Source: Blastocystis sp. subtype 4 (Eukaryota). From it: a DNA stretch of 64,000 nucleotides. Below the pieces are notes generated by a model. That model saw only the letters and a program-made list of their open reading frames with translations. It was not told where the DNA came from and did no database searches. Position numbers and translations under genes: made by a program. Below, piece by piece: positions 46,043 to 60,786 of the stretch (the stretch's first letter is position 1; each line of letters starts with the position of its first letter). The stretch is from NCBI RefSeq assembly GCF_000743755.1, contig NW_014569546.1, positions 62,001 to 126,000 of the forward strand, given 5' to 3'.

Positions 46043-49000
46043 ATGGAAGGCGAAGAGTGGTACTATGTATCCAATGGGGAACAGGTAGAGAAACGAATGA
46101 CTTAATAAGAAATAGAAAGGACCTGTTTCCTTCAAAGTCCTTCAATCTGAATGGAATCAGGTAGATACATGCTTTATTGTGTTATAAATAGAAAGCTATC
46201 ACCGAAGAAACCTATGTTTGGTGTGGCTTGATGGATAATTGGCAACCTATCAGCGAATGTCGGGATTTGAAAGCATTATTATCACCTCCGAAGACTCGAG
46301 TATATGTTGTTTTAGTAGTTTTCACATAGCTTCCTCCTCCGATTCCCGCACATAAGGCATCACCATCAGTTGTATCGCCAAAGCCAGAGAGTGCTGTAAA
46401 TATCATAATTGATTGTGAATTGAAGATGAAACCATCTGCGAATGAACATAGTAGACCTCAAGCAGCCGCTCTACACTCAAGTTTATTGAAAGAAATCGAA
46501 GGGGCATCGATTCAGCGGACTCTTAGACACGTGAATCCTGATGCAAAGTCATCGAGTGTATCTTCAGTGGAGCAATCTGCTCCATCATCGGTAAATCGGA
46601 TTGCATCGTCATCTCCTTCTGTTATGAAGCCTAGCATGCTGAAAACCGCCTCAGGTTCAGCGAAAATGAGTCTAACTCAATCAACTTCTAAGCCGATCCA
46701 GTCTACTTCTGTGAAACCAAGTTCAGCGCAGTCCACATTTGTGAAACCAAATCCAGTGCAATCTTCTGTGAGACCAGATTCGACACAGTCCACTTCTTAT
46801 AAATCAAACACTGTTAAGTCCCAACAACCCGTCTTGGAAGAACGGATTATCACTCCATCCCATACTAGTACAATTCGTTGTGGAGTGCGAGGAGGAGGTT
46901 GGGAAGAGCGTTTCACAGTGGATGATGTTCCTTATTATTATAATAAAACTACAGACTGCCTGTCATGGGAGAAACCAGATTGTCTACGAACAGAAGAAGA
47001 AAAGAAAGAAGGAAGCACACGATGGGCATGGCTTGAAGATGAAGAAGAAGCATGGGTCCCTGTGTGTGTAGTAAGAAAAAGAGAAGGAAGTGAATAGTAG
47101 GATTCGGAGAAGGGAAAGCTCATCACAGGTCGAAGCGAAGATGGTCGTGTATTAACTGGAAAGGGAGCTGGAGATGTTCACTGGAGTTCGTTACGAGAAT
47201 TGCCTGATGATGTGGTGTTATTGGAAGATAGTAATGAGCCAAGCATTCTCTATACAGTGAGGTATGCTTGGATTCTCCTTATGATCCCTAGAAAGCGTTA
47301 TTTAGAGAATAAGATATACACTTGGGTAGGAAGTAATCATACGATTCTTCTCTCCGTAAATCCTTTCCAACCCTTACCTCTGTATACTCCCGAACAGATT
47401 GAGACACACTCCCATCCTCCTCTGAATAAACCTCTTCCACCCCATGTTTATGATATTGCTTATTCTGCTTTCCAAGAACTTTCAGCAGAAGGAACAGATC
47501 AATCAATTCTCATTTCAGGAGAAAGTGGAGCAGGAAAAACAGAAGCTACGAAACAGTGTCTAGGGTTTATTGCAGAAATTGCTGGGAGTGACTCAAGTCT
47601 GGAACAGAAGATCTTACAAACCAATCCAATCTTGGAGGCTTTTGGAAATGCAAAAACAGTACGAAATAACAACAGTTCTCGTTTTGGAAAGTGGATTGAG
47701 ATTCATTTTGATGATCACAATCGCATCTGTGGTGCTTCGATTGAGAGCTATCTGTTGGAGAAGTCACGCGTGGTTGCTCAACAAGAGAATGAACGAAACT
47801 TCCATATCTTTTACCAACTCTTCACATCTTCTGATCTGTGTCACAAATACAATCTCACTACAGCCGCTGACTATCGTTATCTGACTGGAGGGCACTGTCT
47901 GAGTGTGAAAGGGATTGATGATGCTGCCGATTTCATCGATGTGATTTCGTCCTTTGAATCCCTTGCATTTTCAACAGAAGAGCGAGATCAGGTGCTTCAG
48001 CTTGTAGTCGCTGTTCTGAAGCTAGGCAATATCCAGTTTGTCGAAAGTGGAGCGAATACAATGCATCCTGAAGCCAAAGTGCAGAATCGAGATGTTCTGG
48101 AAGATGCAGCTACTCTTCTCTGTGTTCCCTGTAAAGCGTTGGAAGAAGCAGTATGCACGCGACGTATTGTGGTGAGAGAAGGAAGTACAGAGAATGTGAC
48201 TGTAATTCCATTGAGTGTGATTGTAAGAGAATGGGAATAGAATGATCAATAGGAAGCATCTCAAAACTGCGATGCTCTGGCAAAAGAATTATACTCTCGT
48301 GTATTCGATTTCATTGTCGATAAGATTAATCAAACACTCAATGGAGAGAGGAACAAATTCATTGGATTCTTGGATATTTTTGGTTTTGAGATTTTCCAAC
48401 ACAATTCATTCGAGCAATTATGCATCAATTATGCGAATGAGCGTCTGCAACAACTCTTCAATCAATCCACATTCAAGGAAGAAGAAACAGTTTATCGGAA
48501 TGAAGGCATTCAATTTTCACATATCGATTTCATTGATAATACAGAGGTATTAGAGATGATTGAAAGCAAGTATGGAGGCTTATTCTGTGCGATCAATGAT
48601 CAAGTGAAGATTCGAAATGGTACTGATACAAATCTTATGAAGAATGTACAATGCGAAACTGGTTCTTAATCGGTAGGTGAAAAATACTCTCACCAAGTAT
48701 TCCTGCTTTGATGGGAATTGTCAGTCTCCTCGTCAATTTGCGATTACTCATTATGCAGGTAAAGTGATCTATGATATTCAAGGATTCACTGATAAAAATC
48801 GAGATCGGATCTTTGATAACCTTTATGATTTGGTTGCTTCGTCTTCTTCTTCCTTCATTTCATCTCTCTTCCCTCACCTAACAACTCAACAGATGAAGGA
48901 AACAGTGTGTTCCAAGTTCCAGAAACAGTTGAGTGATTTGGTGGCTATTCTTCAGCGATCACAACGCAAATACATTCGTTGTATCAAACCTAACGACCAA

Positions 49001-51614
49001 AAGCGAAAACTTCTCTTCGACTGTACTCATTCTCTGGAACAAGTGGAATTCCATTATTCGGCTAATCTTGTAGATTCGATATAGTGGTATTTTCGAGGCT
49101 GTGAAGATTCGGAAACTGGGTTATCCGTTCCGTTTAACCCACAAACAAGTAATTCTTTCCAATCTTTCTAATCTGTAGTTTGTACATCGCTACAAGTGTT
49201 TAGCAATGGTGAAGAATCCAAATGCCATTACAGATCGAATGTCAATAAAAGATCAGATTTCTGTCATAGTAAAAACACGCCCTGAATGTGATGGCAACAT
49301 ATTCTGTGGTCGTTCTCTTGTGTTATATCGTGCAGGAGAACATCGAATTCTTGAATTAGCTCGGAATTTGGGTATGTTCTTTGTGTTCTTCTCATCATAA
49401 GCACTGGACGAATTGCTTCCACATGTACAGAGTGTTCTTAAGAGCAAGATTTGTTCAGTGGGTCTCCCTCTATATGTGTCTGTGACACAGGCAATGCAAG
49501 TATATCTTACATTCGTCAATGAGAGATAGACTGCCTTACAGAGTAAGGACTTGGCTATAATTGAGAAGGCTATCTCGATGAATGAGCAACAATCCACCAT
49601 GGCTCAACAATTGTTGGGTCGAAATGTTCCAGTGATGCGAAAGGCTTCTCAAGCAGTCGAATTTCTAAAGAAGATCTCCGCTTTAGAGAATCGTGTGCGT
49701 GAGATGTTGAGTGGTGATATTGAAAGGAATTTGGAGGTAAGAGTGAGAGAGAGCATTGATGGGAAGAATCTGATGGTGGTTGTTGAAGAGATACAGTCAC
49801 AACCTGATTTGATATCAGAGAAGACATGGCGACTAGCTGAAGAGGCTAGACAGTGTGTTGAATCGTATGCTTCTTCGTTGATTGAACCTCCGGTAAGATT
49901 GAAAGGAGAATATGAATGTAGTTGAAGGAAGCATTGAATATTCTGGATCGAGAGGAGCTTACACGCATCTTGGAACAAGCTTCTCGTCTCAACTATTCTT
50001 CAGACAGTACACGGGAAGGAGCTCGACTGATCTCTCTACCTGAAGAAGAATTCTTCCAGCTGGAGATTGAACGTGCTGAACAATTAGGAGTAAGAATGAT
50101 GTGATGGATTGACTGTAGGATATCTCCAGACTGGTGGATCGGAAGATCAAATTGCGTGACTTGCTTCTCCATCGTAATCAGTCTCGTTATAATTTCACAT
50201 CCTTTACAGGTCTCAAGACACCTGAAGAGTATGCTTCACATAAGATTCTAACAGTCAATCGGAAATGGTGGCGTGAAACTGCCTTCAAATTCATCACAAT
50301 GGGAATTCCAACATGTTTAACCAATGCTCCTCGTGAGATGGACAAGCAAGGTCAGTTATTGTTCAAGAGTATTCAGGGCTATATGAAGGATCGCAAGTGA
50401 GAGATGAAGTATGGATTCATTCTAGATATTCCATGTCAGAGGATGCTTTGGCTGTGGATATGGTACGTATGATTCAAGGATACAAGAATCCAGGACTTCG
50501 AACTGAAGCTTATTGCCAGTTGATCAAACAATTGACAGAGAATCCAAATACACAGAGTATTTCCTTAGTATTTGAGTAAAGATGTAATTACTCTTAGGGG
50601 TGGGATTTGTTAGCTGTGTTCATCAATTGGTTCTTGCCTGAAGAACATTTTGTCAATTATTTGATTGTCTTCATTTGGGAAAAAGCTCCGAATTCTGACA
50701 AGTTCTTTTGTTACAATCCAATTAGTTGTAGATATATGCAGTTATTTAACAATTCCTATTATTCCTCCAAATATTATCGTGACTCTTCCTTCTTAAATGG
50801 ATTACGTTCTCCTCCTTCTCAGCCTTCTGATGTGCGTGATTTCTTGACTGAATTTGCTAGTAATTCACGTCGTTATTCCATCGAGAACAAGTTAGCATCT
50901 TACAAAGGAGCAGATTCTTCTACATATAATACTCTTCAACAATCTTCTTCGCGTAGTTCTCCTTCTAACCCACTCCATAATTCTTCTCATGTCTCTGGTT
51001 CTAAAACACTGCAAAGTTCGTTACATTCTTCTGGATACAATACACTCCAGAGTTCCTCTCCTCGTGCTTCGGGTTATAATACACTGCAGACACATTCCAA
51101 TGTGCCACTTAACTCCTCACCACGTGCTTCTGCTTTCAACACTCTTCATAGTACATCTCCTCGATCTTCTGCTTTCAATACCCTCCGTAGCTCTTCTCCC
51201 CGTCGAGCCACATATACTCTACAGCGTTCGCCTTCACCTCATGCTTCGGGTACTCTTCCAAACTCATCACCTCGTGCTTCGGGTTACAATACTCTTCGTT
51301 CCACATCGCCACGAATGTCAGGAGTGAATACGATACGTTCGTCTTCTCCTCGTTCGTCGGTAATTATGAATGGAGGTACTCTACACAAGCCTCGATCTCC
51401 TGCTCCGCTCGCACCTCCTCCTCCACCACCTTCACCTCCTCAGGAGATTGCTATTGTACTGTATGATATATCCATCACAATCAATCCCAATGTATTGGAG
51501 TGCAAAGAGGGAGATCGTATCATCATTGAAGAAGATCATGGAGATTGGCTCTTAGCAACAATGGATGGTCGTCAGGGATATGTTCCATATAATTATATTC
51601 AGCGGATGAAATAA
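46043..51614 (+). CDS. Unconventional myosin: GYF_2-WH2-WW-motor-MyTH4-SH3
   Basis: Motor motifs GESGAGKTE, NPILEAFGNAKTVRNNNSSRFGK, LDIFGFE and YIRCIKPN. WW: WEERFT..PYYYNKTT..SWEKP. MyTH4: LRTEAYCQLIKQLTENP..GWDLL. SH3: GDWL..GYVPYNYI. Confidence 0.9.
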
Positions 51615-51654
51615 CCTGTTTGATTCACCAAGCATGACTACTTCAATTCTCTGC

Positions 51655-51662
51655 AACAAACA
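51655..51662 (-). terminator. TGTTTGTT 3'-end/polyadenylation motif (VDAC gene)
   Basis: AACAAACA on +, with an in-frame TG at 51668-51667. Confidence 0.75.
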
Positions 51663-51666
51663 CTAG

Positions 51667-52651
51667 CAAATACTTAATTCCACAGCAACACCAACTTTGC
51701 ATGAATCAAAGACGGTGCGATTCATTGGAACCTACGCATTAACAATAAGAAGAACTCAAACAGAAGCTGTTCCAGAAATAACCATATCTGGAGTTAGACT
51801 CTTCTTGAAGTAGGCAGAGAGTATACCCTCGTTATCCACCTTCAGTCGCATTTCGGAATGTTTCATAGGAACCATCGTACAACCAAAGGCGATTTCTGGT
51901 TTTTCTTTTTCAAGAGGTAGATCGATCGTAGCGCCAACTTGCACATTCTTGAAGGGTTTCATATATACAGCACCTGAAATGATTGTGGAGAAGCTGTGCA
52001 AAACAACGGAAAATACGGCATCACGATAACGATAACCCACAGCGGTATCAATACTTCCTATGTATCCATCACGATTACCCGAGACTCGACATCCCATGAT
52101 CCAATTTCCTCTCTAGAATGAACAAATTAATACGAGACCAACCAAATAGGTAAGACTGCTGGAATAGGACACAGAAATAGCATCAAACATAAAGTCACCT
52201 GCATATTTCCCATCCACATACTTGAACCCAACAGCAAGCTTCTTAGGGGCCAGCTTAAAAGCATCCTGCTGTGTACTATGATCAAACAATGCCAAATGAA
52301 TCATACCGCACCATGAAGGTTGAATACTTGACAAGGTTCGGAAAATCTGCATCAAAAACTCCATTTCCCGAATTGTCCAAAGAAAGCTTCTTAATGTTTA
52401 GGTAATTGCATGCTTTAGTATCCAATGACACTTTTCCACAGATTGAGCCAGACACATTCTGTCCTTCCAGTGCCATATTCTATGAGTCAGATACTTGACT
52501 CAGATCTACCACTCCTCGAACAGAAGTCTTTAGGGATGTTTTGGCATTGGTCGAATACCCATCTTTCAGGATATCTATATATTTCATCTGGAAAATGGTG
52601 GTTACCATAAGCCGCCGTATTGATATCACCAAAATTCACAGATCCAAACAT
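51667..52651 (-). CDS. VDAC: Mitochondrial porin (VDAC-like); TGA stop predicted to be completed by poly(A)
   Basis: N-terminus FGDINTAA, alternating beta-strand pattern, RLKVDNEG and C-terminal beta-signal KVGVAVEL. Minus-strand TGTTTGTT at 51662-51655. Confidence 0.75.
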
Positions 52652-53041
52652 TCTACATAAAGGGGAAACAAAGTAAGAAACGTCGAAACTGGCCCAAACC
52701 TAATAATATAAACCCCAATTCTTTATTCAAGAATATATAAGGATAGGGTTATGTTAGATCTTAATATTGAAACATTGTTAATCCTTCGTGATATATTCTT
52801 ATAATTTCCTAAATAGGAGGGTCTATGTATCTCTACATCTTGAAGCGGAAACTCTTATTACTGCTTTAGTACACTACTAAACAGTTAATCTACTCATAGT
52901 ACAATAGAAAACCGAAAAGTAAAAGGGAAAGTAGAAACCCGAAAAGGCGGTATGTCACGATCTTTGTAGTTCTTGATAATCAACGAATGATAATCACTTT
53001 ACAAGCTACGTTGTCAGGTTTATCTTTCATACTTTTCTTTA

Positions 53042-56000
53042 ATGTTCAAAATCAACACTTGTAAGAGTAGTCTTGGCTTCTATAAAAGACTATTCAGCTC
53101 CAGAATCCAGATCAACAAGGTGATGGCGGCTAACCGAGGTGAGATCGCTATCCGTGTGATCCGTGCTGCCAAGGAGCTAGGGATTAAGACCGCCGGTATC
53201 TATGCTTATGAAGATCGATATAACATGCATCGCTCCAAGGCCGACGAAAGCTATATACTGGACAAGTCGAAGAGCCCCGTTGCTGCATATTTGGATATCC
53301 CTCACATTGTGGAAGTGGCGAAGAAGAATGGCGTCACAGCTATCCATCCTGGATATGGCTTCCTTAGTGAGAATGCCCAGTTTGCAAAGGCTGTGGAGGA
53401 AGCCGGTATGATCTTCATTGGACCGACTGTCGAGAATCTTGAGATGATGTCAAGCAAGACATCCGCCAGAGAGACTGCAATGAAGTATAATATCCCTGTA
53501 GTCCCTGGAACACCGGGACCTGTTGACAATATCGAGGATGCTCTGAAGTTCTGCCACCAGGTCCAATATCCTGTGATTATCAAGGCTGCATTTGGAGGTG
53601 GCGGTAAGGGTATGCGTGTTGTTCGCAGTGATGAGGAGTTAAAGGAGAGTTTCCAATTGGCTTCGAGAGAGGCCAAGGCTGCTTTTGGTAACGGAACAGT
53701 ATTCCTTGAGAAATACTTGGAGGAGCCACGTCATATTGAGGTCCAGGTGATCGGAGACGGAAATGGAAATGTTGTCCATCTGTATGAACGTGACTGTTCT
53801 GTTCAACGCCGACATCAGAAGGTCATCGAGAATGCACCTGCTTTCAATCTGTCACAGGAAGTTCGCGATGGTATTTTGAAGGATGCAGTCCGTCTTTGTT
53901 CTGCTATCCACTACCGAAGTGCTGGTACTGTGGAGTTTTTGGTTGATAAAGATGGTAATCATTACTTTATGGAGGTCAATCCTCGTATTCAAGTTGAACA
54001 TACTGTAACTGAAGAAATAACCGGTATTAATATTGTTCGCGCTCAAATAATGTTGGCTGAAGGATATTCATTAAAGGAGTTGGGATTAGAACAGTCAAAG
54101 ATCCACACTCACGGTTATGCTATTCAGGCTCGTATCACTACAGAGAATCCTGTGAAGGATTTCCAGCCAGATACTGGAGTTATTGGTGCTTTTATTGAGT
54201 CCAGTGGTCAGGGTGTGCGTCTTGATGGTATTGGATACCAGGGATATGAAGTCACTCCTCACTATGATTCTCTTCTTGTGAAGGTCACTGCCCGTGCTCC
54301 TACCTATGAGGAGACAATGGATAAGCTTCATCGTGCTCTGACTGAATTCCGTGTCGAAGGACTCAGCACAAATGTTCCATTCTTACTCAATGTCTTGCGC
54401 AATCCTGTTTATCGAGCTGGTAAGGCAACAACCTTCTTTATCCAACAACATCCTGAGCTCTTGAAGACATCAGTGCAGCCTCCTTCTCAAGAGAAGGTCC
54501 TTCATTACTTGGCAAATCTGGTTGTGAATGGTCATCCACCTGAACTCGGTGCAACTGGACCTCAACCTCTTCCTACAGATCCTATGGTCCCTCCTTCTCC
54601 CACTACTAAGCCTCCTCCAGGTCTTCGTGATGTTTTTGTAAAGGAAGGTCCTAAAGGCTTTGCTAAGGCTGTGCGAGCTCACAAGGGTTTGCTACTCACA
54701 GATACAACATGGCGTGATGGTCATCAGAGTCTATTGGCTACTCGTATGCGTACAAAGGATATTCTTGCTATTGCTCCGCTTACTTCGCATCTTCTCCCAA
54801 ATCTGTATTCGTTGGAATGCTGGGGAGGAGCTACATTTGATGTAGCAATGCGATTCCTCCATGAATGTCCTTGGGACCGTCTCGAGCAGATGCGTGAACT
54901 GGTTCCCAACGTTCCGTTCCAGATGTTGCTTCGTGGAGCCAACGCTGTTGGATACTCCGCCTATGCTGATAATGTAAACTACAAATTCTGTGAGATGGCT
55001 GTTAAGAAGGGAATGGATGTGTTCCGTGTGTTTGATTCATTGAATTACATTGAGAATATGCGTCTAGGAATTGATTGTGTAGGAGCCGCTGGTGGTATTA
55101 TTGAAGCTACTGCTTGTTATACGGGTGACTGTGCTAATCCTAATGAGAAGAAATACACTGTTGACTACTATCTTGACTATGTGCACAAGTTAGTGAAGTT
55201 GGGTATTCATGTATTGAATATCAAGGATATGGCTGGACTTCTTACTCCTCAGGCTGCTAAGCTTCTGATTTCATCCATTCGTCGAGAATTCCCTGATCTT
55301 CCTATTCATGTCCACACTCACGATACTGCTGGTACTGGAGTGATGTCGATGGTGGAATGTGCGAAGGCTGGTGCTGATGCGGTGGATGTAGCAATCGATT
55401 CGATGTCTGGTATGACCTCACAGCCATCTATGGGAGCTGTTGTTGCTGCTTTGAAGAATACAGAATTGGACACTGGTATTTCTCTTGAGTCCGTGAGTAC
55501 ATTGAATGATTATTGGAATGATGTACGTGGTGTCTATGCTCCTTTTGAGTCTGGACAGAAGAGCGGTTCATCGGACGTGTATCTCCATCAGATGCCTGGT
55601 GGTCAGTATACAAATCTTATGTATCAGTCACAACAATTAGGTCTGGCGAGTCACTGGCCTCTCGTTAAGAAGGCCTATAAAGAGGCTAATGAGTTGTGTG
55701 GAGACATTATCAAGGTCACACCTTCTAGTAAGATTGTGGGTGATCTGGCAAACTTTATGGTCCAGAACAAGCTGTCCAAGCAGGATGTTTTGGATCGAGC
55801 CGAAGAACTCAACTTCCCCACATCTGTCATTCAGTACTTCCAAGGATACTTGGGTATTCCCGAACCATGGGGCTTCCCCGAGCCTTTCCGTACTCGTGTG
55901 CTGAAGGGACGCAAGCTGGAGAATGGTAAGGATCACTTCGAGGGTCGTCCTGGAGCGGAGTTGCCTCCTTTCGATTTTGAGAAGACAAAGAAGGATCTAA

Positions 56001-56563
56001 CCGAGAAGTATGGCGAAGATCGTGCTCAGGATCATGATGTCCTATCCTACGCTCTGTATCCAAAGGTGTTCACTGATTGGAAGGAATACGAGGATAAGAA
56101 TGGTGATATCTCTCATCTGCCAACTCGTTACTTCTTGCAGCCAATGAAGTTTGATGAGGAGATTGAGGTGAAGTACAATGAAGGCAAGTCCCAGTTCATT
56201 CGCTACAAGGGAATGAGTGAAGTGAACAAGAGAGGAGAACGTGAGGTACACTTCCAAATTGATGGACAAAGTCGAACCATTGTTATTGAGGATCAGAAGG
56301 CTGGAGTATCTGTTGAGAAGCGTGAGAAGGTACAGTCAGGAAATGACAATCAAGTGGGTTCTCCAATGACTGGAGCTGTTGTGGAGGTGAAGGCTGTCAG
56401 TGGAACTAAGGTCAAAGCAGGAGATCCAATTTGTATTTTAAGTGCGGCTAAGATGGAGACTATTGTATCTGCTCCATTTTCGGGCATTTTAAAGCGTGTG
56501 GTTGTAAAGAAGGGTGAGAGATTGGAAGCTGGTGATTTATTGGTTGAAATAGAGAAGAAGTAA
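53042..56563 (+). CDS. PC: Pyruvate carboxylase (intronless, with mitochondrial-type presequence)
   Basis: Biotin carboxylase ANRGEIAIR and RDCSVQRRHQK, carboxyltransferase DTTWRDGHQSLLATR and HVHTHDT, and a biotinyl domain with AKME. Confidence 0.97.
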   Translation: MFKINTCKSSLGFYKRLFSSRIQINKVMAANRGEIAIRVIRAAKELGIKTAGIYAYEDRYNMHRSKADESYILDKSKSPVAAYLDIPHIVEVAKKNGVTAIHPGYGFLSENAQFAKAVEEAGMIFIGPTVENLEMMSSKTSARETAMKYNIPVVPGTPGPVDNIEDALKFCHQVQYPVIIKAAFGGGGKGMRVVRSDEELKESFQLASREAKAAFGNGTVFLEKYLEEPRHIEVQVIGDGNGNVVHLYERDCSVQRRHQKVIENAPAFNLSQEVRDGILKDAVRLCSAIHYRSAGTVEFLVDKDGNHYFMEVNPRIQVEHTVTEEITGINIVRAQIMLAEGYSLKELGLEQSKIHTHGYAIQARITTENPVKDFQPDTGVIGAFIESSGQGVRLDGIGYQGYEVTPHYDSLLVKVTARAPTYEETMDKLHRALTEFRVEGLSTNVPFLLNVLRNPVYRAGKATTFFIQQHPELLKTSVQPPSQEKVLHYLANLVVNGHPPELGATGPQPLPTDPMVPPSPTTKPPPGLRDVFVKEGPKGFAKAVRAHKGLLLTDTTWRDGHQSLLATRMRTKDILAIAPLTSHLLPNLYSLECWGGATFDVAMRFLHECPWDRLEQMRELVPNVPFQMLLRGANAVGYSAYADNVNYKFCEMAVKKGMDVFRVFDSLNYIENMRLGIDCVGAAGGIIEATACYTGDCANPNEKKYTVDYYLDYVHKLVKLGIHVLNIKDMAGLLTPQAAKLLISSIRREFPDLPIHVHTHDTAGTGVMSMVECAKAGADAVDVAIDSMSGMTSQPSMGAVVAALKNTELDTGISLESVSTLNDYWNDVRGVYAPFESGQKSGSSDVYLHQMPGGQYTNLMYQSQQLGLASHWPLVKKAYKEANELCGDIIKVTPSSKIVGDLANFMVQNKLSKQDVLDRAEELNFPTSVIQYFQGYLGIPEPWGFPEPFRTRVLKGRKLENGKDHFEGRPGAELPPFDFEKTKKDLTEKYGEDRAQDHDVLSYALYPKVFTDWKEYEDKNGDISHLPTRYFLQPMKFDEEIEVKYNEGKSQFIRYKGMSEVNKRGEREVHFQIDGQSRTIVIEDQKAGVSVEKREKVQSGNDNQVGSPMTGAVVEVKAVSGTKVKAGDPICILSAAKMETIVSAPFSGILKRVVVKKGERLEAGDLLVEIEKK

Positions 56564-56703
56564 TCATTATATTATGGAGTTTCCGTTGTTTGTTTTGGTA
56601 TACAAGCGGATTTGAAGAATATCTAATGTACATATCCAAGACGTGAAACACGGTTTTTGGTTCGTACTTAGCAGGAGGTGGTGTGCTCCCATTATCCAAC
56701 TGT

Positions 56704-59189
<2,486 letters not shown>

Positions 59190-59278
59190 GTCTTGTTTGT
59201 TGGAAACGCAGGGAGCCGAAATCAGCCGAAAAGTGGAAGTGCGATTCTTTCCAATAATACCTTTAGTTCAACATACCA

Positions 59279-60765
59279 ATGCAGAACGATAACGATTTCA
59301 AGGTACAATCCGGTGGAGATTCGTCTTATCGACGTAGGTTGCCGATATGTCCTTGGCTGAGTGGGGACGAAAAGATCTGACTCTTTCGGAGTATGAGATG
59401 CCTGGATTGATGGCTTGCCGTCAGAAGTATGCAGGAAAGTTGAATGGAGCCCACATCAGTGGTTCTCTCCATATGACTGTCCAGACTGCTGTTCTGATCG
59501 AAACGTTGAAGGCTTGTGGTGCTGAACTGAGATGGTGTTCTTGCAACATCTTCAGTACTCAGGATCATGCGGCTGCTGCTATTGTTGCTGCTAAGTCTGC
59601 CGCTGTGTATGCCTGGAAGGGAGAGACACTTGCTGAGTACTGGGAGTGTACCTTGAAGGCTGTCTGTTGGCCTCAGGCTGATGGTTCTGTTTGTGGACCT
59701 GATCTGATTGTGGATGACGGAGGCGATATGACTCTGATGATCCACGAGGGAGCGAAGTGGGAGGCTCAGTATGAGAAGGATGGTACTCTTCCTGATCCTG
59801 AGGCTCACAAGCATGAGGGAGAGGATTACTATTATCTTCTGAAGTTGCTGTGTCGTGAGATCCCCAAGAATTGCCATTTGTGGAGAGATATTGCTGCTCA
59901 TTGTCTGGGAGTCTCTGAAGAGACCACAACAGGTGTTCTTCGTCTGTATCAGATGGAGAAGGAAGGCAAGTTGTTGTTCCCTGGAGTGAATGTGAATGAC
60001 AGTGTGACCAAGTCCAAGTTTGATAATATTTATGGTTGTCGTCATTCTCTGCCTGATGGTATCATGCGTGCTACTGATGTTATGATTGCTGGTAAGCGTG
60101 TATTGGTGTGTGGTTATGGTGATGTTGGTAAGGGTTGTGCTGAGGCCATGGTAGCTGCTGGTGCTATTGTGTGTGTTACTGAAGTTGATCCTATTTGTGC
60201 TCTCCAGGCCTACATGCATGGTTTGCGTGTAGTTCGTTTGAGTAGTGTTGTATCTGAGATTGATATCTTTGTTACTTGTACTGGTAATAAGAACATTATC
60301 ATGGCAAACGATATGAAGCAGATGAAGAACAATGCTATTGTGTGTAATATTGGTCACTTCGATAATGAGATTGATATGGCTGGATTGTATGCTATGAAGG
60401 ATGTGGTACGTGAGAATATCAAGCCTCAGGTTGATCGTTTTGTCTTCCCTGATGGTCATGGTGTGATTGTTCTGGCTGAGGGACGTTTGGTGAATCTGGG
60501 TTGTGCTACTGGTCATCCTTCTTTCGTAATGAGCAATTCGTTCACGAACCAGGTTCTGGCTCAGATCTCTCTGTGGGAGAATCAGACCACGAAGAAGTAC
60601 GAGCGTGGCCATTTGTACACGCTGCCCAAGGAGCTGGATGAGATGGTAGCTCGTCTGCATCTTGAGAAGCTTGGATGTGAGCTAACTGTATTGACCCAGG
60701 AACAGGCTGATTATATCGGAGTTTCTGTGCAGGGACCTTTCAAGGGAGATAACTATCGTTATTAA
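59279..60765 (+). CDS. AHCY: S-adenosylhomocysteine hydrolase
   Basis: [61 protein letters not shown] and GPFK..YRY*. Confidence 0.98.
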
Positions 60766-60786
60766 TGTGTTTGGGACAAACATAGA

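Noticed and set aside
56574..56700. ATG at 56574 or 56626 as the start of the kinase gene
   Set aside because: This region contains the TGTTTGTT 3' motif of pyruvate carboxylase (~56586), and PH-domain homology begins at ATG 56704.
59326..60660. 444-aa ORF antisense to AHCY
   Set aside because: Shadow ORF caused by the strong codon bias of the sense gene; it has no recognisable motifs.
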